Below, piece by piece: positions 1-14,604 of a stretch of DNA of 64,000 bases. The DNA comes from Candidatus Multivorans sp. (GTDB lineage Bacteria > Acidobacteriota > Thermoanaerobaculia > Multivoradales > Multivoraceae). The stretch lies in assembly GCA_965247095.1 (NCBI GenBank), contig OZ251997.1:256001-320000 (forward strand), given 5' to 3'. The translations under genes and the position numbers were made by a program. The notes below the pieces were generated by a model, which saw nothing but the letters and a program-made list of their open reading frames with translations, searched no databases and was not told where the DNA came from. Position 1 is the first letter of the stretch; every line of letters begins with the position of its first letter.

Positions 1-5018
<5,018 letters not shown>

Positions 5019-5100
5019 TTGGATCCTCGGCCGGATTTGAGCCGATTCCGGCCTACCGTTGCTATAGTCGGCCGTTCCCGCAACCACGGAGGATCGGCTC

Positions 5101-8100
5101 ATGAAGCGCACTCTGGCCCTGCTCGGAATCTTCTGCCTCCTGGTCATCGCTGCGCCCGTCGCGGCGGACAGCCCCGAAACCGGGATTGTCGTCGGACGGG
5201 CGGTCGACTCGAACGGAGACCCGATGCCCGGGGTCACCGTGACCCTCGCCGGCGAGCGTGGCGAGAAGGTCTCGATCACCGACGCTGATGGCGCCTACCG
5301 GTTCGCCCTGGTGACGCCTGGACCGTACACGGTAAGGGGCGCTCTCGACAGCTACGGGACGGCCGAGAGCGCGGTGCGGGTGACCCCGGGGACCCGCTCG
5401 GAAGTCGGTCTGACCATGGTGCTCGAAGCGGCCGGAGAGATCACCGTGGTCGCCGAAGCGCCGGTGATCAACCGTTTCGAGTCGACCTCGGCCGGCACGA
5501 TCACATCCGACGTGGCGGGCAACGTGACCTCGGTCAACTCGAACTACTACAGCGCGCTCGCGCTGCTGCCGGGCGTCACGTCGGACGGCGACCTGGCGGA
5601 CGAGTACCCCGGCAGCAACGGTTCGCGGTGGATGGAGGCCGCGGTCTTCGTCGACGGTGTGGACACGACGTACACGCGGCGAGGCGGCTCCCGTCTGTAT
5701 CTTCCCCAGATCGCCATCTCCTCAACCTCCCTGCAGTCGACCTCCGGCAGCGCCGAGTACGGGCGCGCAACCGGCGGCGTCACCAACGTCACCACCAAAT
5801 CGGGCACGAACCGGTTCCACGGCGAGTACCTCGCCCACCGGCAGCAGGGTGACTTTGTGTCGGAGTTCAAGTCCCACCCGGAGCTTGCGGAGCGGACGAG
5901 CTGCAGGGTGAGGGCGATTGTGAACCCGGCGTTCTTCGACCGCTCTCCCTCTTGCGATCCGGACTTTTTCATTCGCAACGAGCAGCAGAAGGACTACTCG
6001 GACCTCACTCTGCAGGGTTCGCTGGGCGGCCCGCTGGCGCGGAACAAGGCCTGGTTCTTTGCCGCGGCTGCCGACACGAATACGTTCAGCAGCCAGGAGA
6101 CCTACGGCGGCGACATCGTGGACAACGGCGCCTATGTGGGCAGCCGGATCGCCAAGCTGAACTTCCAGCCCAGCCCGGCCCACGCGCTCTCCGCCTACTA
6201 CACCACCTCACCGCTCGACATCACGTTCCTGCTTGGCGACCTGCCTTCGGACAGATACACCGGCACGCCCCATTACTTCGGCGGCGAGCTGATGACCACC
6301 AACTGGAACTGGAGCGCCAGCCAGGACGTGTTCATGGAGTTCAAGCTGGCATTCCACGATTCCAGCGAGCACAAGCCCCTGAACGCCGGCACCGGATACG
6401 ACCTGGAATCCGCTCTGCTCGAGAAGCAGCAGGACCCGCGGTATCCGCCAAGCAACCTGGGCCCTCACAACCCGGGCAACAACTTCGACGGCTATGTTGG
6501 CTACGACGGCGAGCAGCACTGGTGGAACGGATGGATACTCGACAACGGGTTTGGACGAAACGACTACCCGCGAGACCAGGCGAACGCGCGCATGACCTGG
6601 TTCGCCAGCGAGAACCACGAGGCACTGTTCGGCGCGGACTGGCAGAGCGTCGGTTGGGTGCAGAACCTGCAACGGAACAACACCTACGTCGGAAACCAGT
6701 TCGACATCTCGAGCCCGTCCGGCTTTGACGTCTGCAGCATCATCGCGTTGGGCTATCGTCTCTGCTATCTGGAGGACTATTCACCCGCCGATCTGGTTGG
6801 CGAACCGGTTCTCGACGGCACCAGATCATCGAACGTGGCGTTCTTTGCACGCGACCGGTTCTCGGCGGGAGATCACTGGACCTTCAACCTGGGGCTTCGC
6901 TACGAGGATCAGGTGCACAAGAACGACGTTCGCCGCACGGTGATCGACGCACAGAATGTGTCGCCTCGAATATTCGGCGCCTACGATTTTCGAGGCGACG
7001 GAAAGATGCTGCTCAGTCTCAATCTCGGTCGTTCCTATCAGCATATGCCGCAGGACCTCACCAACAATCACCTGCTTGAAGGCTGGAACGGCACGAATGC
7101 GTTCGACCGGTTCATCTACTGTGACCCGGCGGCCGCGTTCTTCCTCGCGCATGTATGTCGGGGGGTGGGATATACGGGACTGGTCGGCAGGCAGCGTCCC
7201 GGCGTCATGTGGCAGCAGATCGATGCCGGTGTCTTACCGAACGTCGATATCGAGCCTTACTTCAAGGACGAGGTCGACCTGAGTCTGCGTTGGGCCCTGA
7301 ACCCGAGTTGGTACTTCCAGGCGAGCGCCATCTACTGGACGTTCCAGAACTCCATCGGCACGACCCAGCAGCGTTTGCCCAACGGGGACTTCTTCACACT
7401 GACCGAGAACTACAAGGACTACGAAGAGGTCCTGGGTGCGCTCGGCGTGGTGGATCCGGAAGTGCTGGCGAACTTCGAAGAGGGCAAGCGCACATACAGG
7501 TCCTTGCAGTTGCAGCTCAACCGGAACTTCCGCAACAACTGGGCGCTCTACAACAACCTGACGCTGGCGGACGCCAGGGGCCACTTCTGGGGCGGCCTGT
7601 TCAACAACGTGAACGCGGACTACGGGCGGAACCTGGATGTCGGACTGACCCAGGGGCACATCGATTCGTGCACGGGGGGGCAACCGGTGACCTCTGGCGG
7701 ACAACCGGTGATCGGCGCCGACGGCAGTCCCCTCGTGAGGCCGTACCCGGTCGATTGCGAGGCGGCGCTGTCAGGGTTCCTTGGCGTACCGGTGTCGACG
7801 ATCAACCGCTACGGCACGGTCGGCGAGAACAACAAGGTGACATGGAACAGCTTCGGCTCGAAGAGCTGGAATCTGGGCAACACGGGCCAGACGTTTACGT
7901 TGGGCGGTTCGTTCTCGTGGCGCTCCGGGAAGCCGTGGCAGCGGCAGGCGGGCGCGGGACTCGGAAGCTGTGGCAGCACGTTCGACGGTTGCGATCCCGT
8001 GCAGGCCGCCACCAGTTCGAGCACTGCTTTGTATCTTGAGCCGCGGGGAACCCGCGACCCGCTGAGCTCGAACTGGAACGTCAGCCTCATGTTGAACTGG

Positions 8101-8271
8101 GAGTTCCGCATACGGGGGGATCTGAGGGGCAGCTTGCGCGTTGACGCCTCGAACGTGACGAACAACCAGAAGCTTCAGCGAGTGACGAGTCAGGGCGAGG
8201 TCAACTCATCGAGGTACATCGGCTGGCAGGACCCACGGCAGTTCGCCCTGTCGACGACGTTCAGCTTCTGA
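5101..8271 (+). CDS. TonB-dependent receptor with N-terminal carboxypeptidase-regulatory-like domain (Oar-like)
   Basis: Signal peptide, PMPGVTVTL, SAEYGRATGGVTNVTTKSGTNRFHG plug motif, C-terminal Phe; GGAGG RBS. Confidence 0.92.
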   Translation: MKRTLALLGIFCLLVIAAPVAADSPETGIVVGRAVDSNGDPMPGVTVTLAGERGEKVSITDADGAYRFALVTPGPYTVRGALDSYGTAESAVRVTPGTRSEVGLTMVLEAAGEITVVAEAPVINRFESTSAGTITSDVAGNVTSVNSNYYSALALLPGVTSDGDLADEYPGSNGSRWMEAAVFVDGVDTTYTRRGGSRLYLPQIAISSTSLQSTSGSAEYGRATGGVTNVTTKSGTNRFHGEYLAHRQQGDFVSEFKSHPELAERTSCRVRAIVNPAFFDRSPSCDPDFFIRNEQQKDYSDLTLQGSLGGPLARNKAWFFAAAADTNTFSSQETYGGDIVDNGAYVGSRIAKLNFQPSPAHALSAYYTTSPLDITFLLGDLPSDRYTGTPHYFGGELMTTNWNWSASQDVFMEFKLAFHDSSEHKPLNAGTGYDLESALLEKQQDPRYPPSNLGPHNPGNNFDGYVGYDGEQHWWNGWILDNGFGRNDYPRDQANARMTWFASENHEALFGADWQSVGWVQNLQRNNTYVGNQFDISSPSGFDVCSIIALGYRLCYLEDYSPADLVGEPVLDGTRSSNVAFFARDRFSAGDHWTFNLGLRYEDQVHKNDVRRTVIDAQNVSPRIFGAYDFRGDGKMLLSLNLGRSYQHMPQDLTNNHLLEGWNGTNAFDRFIYCDPAAAFFLAHVCRGVGYTGLVGRQRPGVMWQQIDAGVLPNVDIEPYFKDEVDLSLRWALNPSWYFQASAIYWTFQNSIGTTQQRLPNGDFFTLTENYKDYEEVLGALGVVDPEVLANFEEGKRTYRSLQLQLNRNFRNNWALYNNLTLADARGHFWGGLFNNVNADYGRNLDVGLTQGHIDSCTGGQPVTSGGQPVIGADGSPLVRPYPVDCEAALSGFLGVPVSTINRYGTVGENNKVTWNSFGSKSWNLGNTGQTFTLGGSFSWRSGKPWQRQAGAGLGSCGSTFDGCDPVQAATSSSTALYLEPRGTRDPLSSNWNVSLMLNWEFRIRGDLRGSLRVDASNVTNNQKLQRVTSQGEVNSSRYIGWQDPRQFALSTTFSF

Positions 8272-8328
8272 GGCGGCTTGTCGCTGGGCCGTTGCGCGTG
8301 CGCGCAGTGGCCGATTGGGTATCGCGCG

Positions 8329-8359
8329 GAGCCCGGCTTCGGCCGGGCTCTTCGTCTTT
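8329..8359 (+). terminator. Intrinsic terminator hairpin between convergent genes
   Basis: GAGCCCGGC-TTCG-GCCGGGCTC followed by TTCGTCTTT. Confidence 0.7.
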
Positions 8360-8367
8360 CTGCTTAC

Positions 8368-8524
8368 CTATGGTCCAACAGTTCCATCGGCCGACAGGAT
8401 GGCGCCTGTCAGCGGATCGTAGACCGCGGCCACAAAGCGGTGCTCGCAGCGAAGGGCTCTCCTGCCCGGTGGCGGGGAGTGCGGCCAGGAGCAGCGCGGC
8501 AATAGAGGTTGTGCAGAGTCTCAA
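8368..8524 (-). pseudogene. Remnant fifth VWA-array paralog: signal peptide joined out of frame to the last ~26 codons
   Basis: AAGGAG RBS, TTG start, MRLCTTSIAALLLAALPATGQESP, then in another frame EHRFVAAVYDPLTGAILSADGTVGP-stop; both pieces match the ends of the neighbouring paralogs. Confidence 0.88.
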
Positions 8525-8552
8525 CGGCGTACTCCTTCTGGCGTCTGTTTGT

Positions 8553-10112
8553 CTACCTGGCGCCGACGGTCCCACTCGCCGACACGAGCCCGCCGGTTAG
8601 CGGGTCGTAGACCGCCGCGACGTAGCGGTGTTTGCGCTTGCGAATCCGCAGATCCGTCTCGAAGACGAACTGGTCGCCCGGCATGGGCTCGTTCGGGATG
8701 ACCACGTTGAGCTTCGCGACCGGCGGCGTCGCCATGTCACCGAACTTGTTCATGAGTCTCATCCGGAACTCCAACTCGTTCATCCACTGGCCGTTCACCG
8801 GCAGCAGCTCCACGTCGTCGAGAGGGATCGTCACCCTCATCGGCACGAAGATCCTGCGGAAGCCTGCCCTCCGGGGCGTGCCGAAGTGCACTTCCAGGGA
8901 CTCGGCGCCGGGGGCGCCGCCGAACAGGAGGGCGCCCTCGACCAGCATCGTGACCTCGGTGCCCTTGGACATGTCCAGATAGTGCTCCCGGGTCCGGACT
9001 CGGAGGTCGCGGCGCCCGGCGATGCGGACTCTGATGTCGTGAAGTCTGTCGTCTTCGCTGCGGGGAGGCTCGAAGCCGAGCCAGTAGTAGGAGCGGGTGT
9101 CCTTCACGGTCTCCCCGAGCGCCTTGTTGCTGAAGGAGTTGATCATCGGTAGTCCGCCGGTCTCTTCGGCCAGGAACCGGAGGACGTCATGGAATCTGTG
9201 CTCGGGTACTTCCCTCCACATTGCGTACCCTCCAATGGGACCCGCGAAGGGTGGCCCGGCGCCTGCCGTGCCGAAGCCGCTGATCGGAATATCCCGGCCG
9301 CGGAGGCCGGGCAGGTCGATCGGGTAGAGGCTGTAGCCGACCAGGTTCGCGGCGTTTACCAGAGGCCCATAGAGTCGGTCCAGCGTTGCGCCGGCAGACG
9401 CCGCCGCGTACGCCGAGCCGAAGTTCCAGGAGTCGGACACGGTGGCCCACCCTTCGATCAGCAGCAGCATGACCTTGCGGCCCGGTGCGTTGGCGAAACT
9501 GCGCATGGCGCCGGCGGCAGCCATCACAGATCGCCGGGTTTTGTCGCTCCGGTCTGCGCCCATGCCGTGCCTGTACAGCAGACCGTGCGGTTTGCGTTTC
9601 CTTGCCTCCTGTAGCGCGGTCTCAATGTCTTCGCGGGCGCCGGTCCAGTCCGTGATCAAGGTGAGTTCGCGGCCGTCGTTGGCCACAACCGCCACGCGAT
9701 CGGCCGGCTCGAGCTGGACCAGATCCCGTTCAAGACGCGTCAGCACCCGGTTTCTGCGCTGCTTGATGGCGAACATGTCGTCGATGAAGATCAGGTAGTT
9801 CGTGCCCACCGGTTCGTCGGGTGTCACCGAGGGCACGTTGTCCACGCGCTCGTCGGACGTGGCTACGGCGCGCCCGTCGTCGATCTCCGTGAAGTAGTCG
9901 ATTCGTACAGGTCGGCGGTCCACGAGGAGTTCGAAGTCGCTCGCCTGCAGTCCCCGGATCCGGTTTCCCTTCCTGTCCGTGACGACGACTTCGACGTTGA
10001 CGACCCGGACGTCGATCACGTCGGAGAACAGGTCCGGCAGGGGGTTGTCCTGGGCTGCGCCGGGAATGGCGGCGAGGCTCAGAGCAGCGATGGTCAGTGT
10101 GCAGAATCTCAT
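8553..10112 (-). CDS. Secreted acidobacterial VWA-domain protein (paralog 1)
   Basis: Signal peptide, DVRVVNVEVVVTDRKGNRIRGL, GRKVMLL, LAEETGG, SYYWLGF, YVAAVYDPLTG. Confidence 0.88.
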   Translation of the reverse strand: MRFCTLTIAALSLAAIPGAAQDNPLPDLFSDVIDVRVVNVEVVVTDRKGNRIRGLQASDFELLVDRRPVRIDYFTEIDDGRAVATSDERVDNVPSVTPDEPVGTNYLIFIDDMFAIKQRRNRVLTRLERDLVQLEPADRVAVVANDGRELTLITDWTGAREDIETALQEARKRKPHGLLYRHGMGADRSDKTRRSVMAAAGAMRSFANAPGRKVMLLLIEGWATVSDSWNFGSAYAAASAGATLDRLYGPLVNAANLVGYSLYPIDLPGLRGRDIPISGFGTAGAGPPFAGPIGGYAMWREVPEHRFHDVLRFLAEETGGLPMINSFSNKALGETVKDTRSYYWLGFEPPRSEDDRLHDIRVRIAGRRDLRVRTREHYLDMSKGTEVTMLVEGALLFGGAPGAESLEVHFGTPRRAGFRRIFVPMRVTIPLDDVELLPVNGQWMNELEFRMRLMNKFGDMATPPVAKLNVVIPNEPMPGDQFVFETDLRIRKRKHRYVAAVYDPLTGGLVSASGTVGAR

Positions 10113-10139
10113 GGAACGCCCTCAGTGTTGTTCGGTCTT

Positions 10140-11759
10140 CTACTGCGGCCCCACGGCTCCGCTGGACGAGAGGATCGCGCCGCTCACCGGGTCGTAGACG
10201 GCCGCCACGAAGCGGTGTTCGCGCTTGCGGAGCAGCAGTCCCGTGTCGTAGACGAAGTGCTGGCCGGGCTCTGGTTCTTCCGGGCCCGCGATGTGGATCG
10301 TCTGAACCGGTGTCTCGGAGCGGTCGCCGGACTCGTTGATCACGGTAACGCGCAACTCGAGTTCGTTCATCCACAGGCCGCCCATCGGAAGGAGCGTGAT
10401 GTCGTCGAGGGGAATCACCACCTCCATCGGCACCAGGATCTTCCTGAACCGCGCTTTCCGCGGCGACCCCAGGCGAATCTCCAGTGATTCCGTCCCCGGG
10501 GATCCGCCGAACAGCAGTGCGCCCTCGACCAGCATCGTGACTTCGGCGCCCTTCGACATGTCCAGATAGTGCTTTCGCGATCGCACGCGCAGGTCGTTTC
10601 GTCCCGCCAGCCGCACGTCGATTCTGTGGAGCGCGTCGTCCTCGTCGCGGGGTGGCGTGAAGCCCAGCCAGTAGAACGACCGCGTGTCGTCAGCCGTCGT
10701 GGAGAACGCGACGTCGCGCCGGGAGTTGATCATCGGCAGTCCGCCGGTCTCGCGGGCCAGAAACTCGAGAACCGAGTGATCCGCCCACTCCGGTGCGTTC
10801 GATGAGAACAAGCTTCGCTGCAAACCGCGTGCGTTCATGTACCCGTTGTAGAGGTCGTAGCTCCCGAAGAGGCCGTAGTCGCGGTAGAAGCCGTGACCTC
10901 CGAAACCCGCTGCTCCGATCGACGCGTCGCTCTCGGGCCATGGAAACCTGGGTCGGAAGCCGGGAAGGTCGACGGGATACAAGGTGTAGCCGACCAGGTT
11001 GGCGGAGTGGACCAGCGGCCCGTACAGGTCGTCCACCCTGATGTGGGGGAAGCCGCCGCGGCGGAGCACGTTTTCGGGTAGAGCCGAGGGCGCGCGCCAT
11101 CCCTCGGCGAGAAGGAGCATCACCTTGCGGCCCGGAACAGCGGCGAAGCTCCGCACGGCAGCCGTGGCGGCCATGACAGCTCGCTGGATCTGGGCGGAGC
11201 GGCTGCCCAGGGCGACTATCTGCCTCAGTCCAAGAGCTTCACGGTCTCGCGCCTGCCTTAGTGCGGCTTCGATCTCGTCACGGGAATCCGTCCAGTCCGT
11301 CAGGCGGGTGACGTTGTAGCCGTCGAACACGACAATGGCCACGCGGTCCGCCGGCCCAAGCTGGGCGAGGTCGGTGTGCAGCCCGTCCAGTACCCGGTCG
11401 CGGTCGCGCCGGATCGCGGACAGTTCGTCGATGAAGATGAGGTAGTTCGTACCCACCGGTTCGTCGACCGCCAGGGCGGGCACGTTGCCGACGCCGTCGT
11501 CGGACGATGTCTTCGCGAGCCCGTCATCGACCTCCGTGAAGTAGTCGATCCGCACGGGTGCGCCGTCGACGTGGAGTTCAAAGTCGCTCGCCTGGAGTCC
11601 CCGGATCCGGTTCCCCTTCTTGTCGGTGACGACGACCTCGACGTTGACGACCCGGACATCGATTACGTCGGAGAACAGGTCCGGCAGGGGGCTTTCCTGG
11701 CCCGTGCCGGGAACGGCGGTGAGGATCAGCGTGGTCGTGACGAGTGCGCCGAATCTCAA
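10140..11759 (-). CDS. Secreted acidobacterial VWA-domain protein (paralog 2)
   Basis: Same motif set as paralog 1; TTG start after GGGAG. Confidence 0.88.
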   Translation of the reverse strand: MRFGALVTTTLILTAVPGTGQESPLPDLFSDVIDVRVVNVEVVVTDKKGNRIRGLQASDFELHVDGAPVRIDYFTEVDDGLAKTSSDDGVGNVPALAVDEPVGTNYLIFIDELSAIRRDRDRVLDGLHTDLAQLGPADRVAIVVFDGYNVTRLTDWTDSRDEIEAALRQARDREALGLRQIVALGSRSAQIQRAVMAATAAVRSFAAVPGRKVMLLLAEGWRAPSALPENVLRRGGFPHIRVDDLYGPLVHSANLVGYTLYPVDLPGFRPRFPWPESDASIGAAGFGGHGFYRDYGLFGSYDLYNGYMNARGLQRSLFSSNAPEWADHSVLEFLARETGGLPMINSRRDVAFSTTADDTRSFYWLGFTPPRDEDDALHRIDVRLAGRNDLRVRSRKHYLDMSKGAEVTMLVEGALLFGGSPGTESLEIRLGSPRKARFRKILVPMEVVIPLDDITLLPMGGLWMNELELRVTVINESGDRSETPVQTIHIAGPEEPEPGQHFVYDTGLLLRKREHRFVAAVYDPVSGAILSSSGAVGPQ

Positions 11760-13288
11760 TTGGGGACTCCCCTGGTTCTGTCCGGCCTTCTACTTGTGCC
11801 CACGGTTCCACTGGACGACAGGATCGCGCCGCTCACGGGGTCATAGACAGCCGCCACGAAGCGGTGTTCGCGGCCGCGGAGCCGCAGTTTCGACTTGTAG
11901 GTGAAGAAATCGCCCGGCTGCGGCTCCCTCGTGCCTGAGATGAGGATCTTCTCCACAGGCGTCTCGGAACGTCCGCCGACGTCGTCGATGACTGTGACGC
12001 GAAACTCCAGTTCATTCGTCCACCGTCCGGCGACCGGCAGCAACTGCACATGGTGGAGCGGAATGGTCACCTCTATCGGGACCAGGATCTTCCTGGATCG
12101 GGTACGTTCGGGCGCGCCCATGCGCACGCTCAGAATGTCCTCGCCGGGCGAGCCGCCGAAGATCAGGGCGCCCTCCACGAGCATTGTGACTTCGGTGTTC
12201 CTGGACATGTCCCGATAGCTCCTGCGTGCCCGGACGCGCAGATCGCGACGGCCAACGACGCGGACTCGAACGTCGTGGTTCTCGTCGTCTTCGTTGCGCG
12301 GCGGTTCGAATCCCAGCCAGTAGTAGGAGCGCGTGTCGGCCGCCGTCTCGGCTAGTGCTCTGGTACGTTGCGCGTTGATCATGACCACTCCGCCGGTCTC
12401 CTCTGCGAGGTACCGCAGGCTGTTGTGCTCCTCCCATTCGCTCGCGCCGCGGAACCCTGGAACGTCCACCGGATACAGCGTGTAACCCACGCGGTTCGCG
12501 GCGTTCGCCAAGGGCCCCAGGACGGTCGTGATGTCGATCATCGTCGGCAGGTCGTACGCCGAGTATTGAGGCAAGCCCCAGCCGCCGGCGAGAACCAGCA
12601 TCACCTTGCGCCCTTCTCGGCTTGCGAAGCTTCGGAGCGTTGCCACCGCGGCCAGTACGGACTGTTCGATCTGTTCCGTCAGGATCCTCTTTTGGTAGTC
12701 GATCTCCAATCTGCTGGACGCCTCGGCCAGCTTCCGCCGGTCGGATAGGCGAATCAGACCCAAGGCAGGGCGCTCCCGGGCCTCGCGTAGTGCTTCCTGG
12801 ATCTCGGCCGCCGAGTTCGTCCAGCCCACCAGAAGAGCAAGGCTGACGCCGTCGGAAGCGACGATCGCGACGCGGTCCCTTGGGCCGAGTTGGACCAGGT
12901 CCTTCTCGAGGTGTCCGAGTACGCGGTCGCGGTCGCGCTGGAGTGAGAAATAGTCGTCGATGAAGATGAGGTAGTTCGTACCCACCGGTTCGTCGACCGC
13001 CAGGGCGGGCACGTTGCCGACGCCGTCGTCGGACGATGTCTTCGCGAGCCCGTCATCGATCTCCGTGAAGTAGTCGATCCCGACGGGTGCGCCGTCGACG
13101 CGGAGTTCAAAGTCGCTCGCCTGGAGTCCCCGGATCCGGTTCCCCTTCTTGTCGGTGACGACGACCTCGACGTTCACGACGCGGACGTCGATCACGTCGG
13201 AAAACAGATCGGGCAGGGGGCTCTCTTGGCCCGTGGCCGGTACCGCGGCCAGGAGCAGTGCGGCGATGGTTGCGTGGTGGAATCTCAC
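11756..13288 (-). CDS. Secreted acidobacterial VWA-domain protein (paralog 3)
   Basis: GTG start at 13288 after GGAGG gives MRFHHATIAALLLAA, matching the paralog N-termini. Confidence 0.88.
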   Translation of the reverse strand: MRFHHATIAALLLAAVPATGQESPLPDLFSDVIDVRVVNVEVVVTDKKGNRIRGLQASDFELRVDGAPVGIDYFTEIDDGLAKTSSDDGVGNVPALAVDEPVGTNYLIFIDDYFSLQRDRDRVLGHLEKDLVQLGPRDRVAIVASDGVSLALLVGWTNSAAEIQEALREARERPALGLIRLSDRRKLAEASSRLEIDYQKRILTEQIEQSVLAAVATLRSFASREGRKVMLVLAGGWGLPQYSAYDLPTMIDITTVLGPLANAANRVGYTLYPVDVPGFRGASEWEEHNSLRYLAEETGGVVMINAQRTRALAETAADTRSYYWLGFEPPRNEDDENHDVRVRVVGRRDLRVRARRSYRDMSRNTEVTMLVEGALIFGGSPGEDILSVRMGAPERTRSRKILVPIEVTIPLHHVQLLPVAGRWTNELEFRVTVIDDVGGRSETPVEKILISGTREPQPGDFFTYKSKLRLRGREHRFVAAVYDPVSGAILSSSGTVGTSRRPDRTRGVPN

Positions 13289-14231
13289 CTGATGTCCTCC
13301 GTGGAGGCGTCTGTACCCGTGTCCGGTGCCAACTCGCCGCTCGCTGACAGGATGGCGCCCGACAGGGGATCGTAAACGGCGGCTACGTAACGGTGCGCCC
13401 GCTTGCGCATCAGCAGGTCCGTCTCGTAGACGAAGGTCTGTCCGGGCGGCGGCGTCTCCGAACCGAGGATCGGGATCTTGCTGACCGGGGTTTCGGACCG
13501 TGCACCGTGTTCGTCGATCAGGGTGACCCGGAACTCCAGCTCGTTCATCCATTGGTCGCCTACCGGCAGAAAGGTCAGATCGTCGAGTGGAATCGTGACC
13601 TCCATCGGCACGAAGATCTTCCTGAACCTGGCTTTCCGCGAGGCGCCGAAGCGCACATCCAGGGCTTCGGCGCCGGGGGCGCCGCCGAACAGCAGGTTGC
13701 CTTCAACCAGCATCGTGAGCTCGGTGCTTCTCGACAGGTCCATGTAGTTGCGGCGTGACCGGACCTGGAGATAGGGGCGTCCGACCAACCGCACGTCGAT
13801 GTCGTGAAGTTCGTCGTTCTGTTCGCGCGGCGGCTCGAAGCCGAGCCAGTAGTAGGAGCGCGTGTCGGCTACCGCATCGGCGAGGGCGGTGCTGCGTGCC
13901 GCGTTGATCATGGCTACGCCGCCCGTTTCACGGGCGAGGAACTCGAAGGCGGCGTGTTGGGAGTGTTCGAGATTCACCCAACGCCCATTGGAGGAGCGGC
14001 CGGCGTAAGCCAGGTTGCTCCGGGAGTGGGTTCGCCGTCGACCAGCAACTCGAAGTCCGATGGAGCCAGGCCTTGGATGCGATTGCCCTTCTTGTCCGTG
14101 ACGACGATCTCGACGTTGACGACCCGGACGTCGATCACGTCGGTGAACAGGTCCGGCAGCACCTCTTCCTGTCCTCTGACGGGGACGGTCGCGAGAAGGA
14201 GGGTGACAGCCGCAGTCCAATCGAGCCTCAT
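13285..14231 (-). pseudogene. VWA-array paralog 4 with a central deletion and frameshift near 14027
   Basis: N-terminus MRLDW...DFELLVDGEP is in one frame and C-terminal half ...FLARETGG...YVAAVYDPLSG in another; 947 nt against 1533-1620 nt for intact copies. Confidence 0.85.
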
Positions 14232-14324
14232 GAAGACTCTCCTGGGGTGTTTCTGGATCAGGACAGTCTAGTGACCTGCAACCTCTGTGCCGGGTGCGCG
14301 ACGTTCAGGCAGGCGCCTCAATGC

Positions 14325-14504
14325 TCAATCGCTCGGGCGTCCGTGGTCCTGCCGCGTGCGGACTTCCTCGATCACAGCGGCGACTTCCGATGCGGTCAAT
14401 GGAGGCGGCGTTTTGCCAGTCGGAACGGCGACGACCACCGAGCCGCGGCGTTCAAGTTTCACCTTCGGCACGACCAGCCGGCCTGTTTTGTCGATCGTTG
14501 TCAT
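14325..14504 (-). pseudogene. AbrB/MazE-type antitoxin, apparently internally deleted, with no toxin
   Basis: MTTIDKTGRLVVPK joined directly to VKLERRGSVVVAVP...PLTASEVAAVIEEVR; the core AbrB helix-strand segment appears missing. Confidence 0.6.
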
Positions 14505-14604
14505 GGCATCGGGAACACTACCCGCCTTGCCATCAGTCAAGGCGGGTTGAGTGGGAAGAGGATGAGATGCGGCGGCCGCCTGGTTGTGTGTCGAGCGACG
14601 GGTT

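Noticed and set aside
11426-13174. DGR template/variable repeat pair
   Set aside because: Mismatches are not confined to adenines of one copy, the tract is in the conserved N-terminus, and there is no reverse transcriptase in the window
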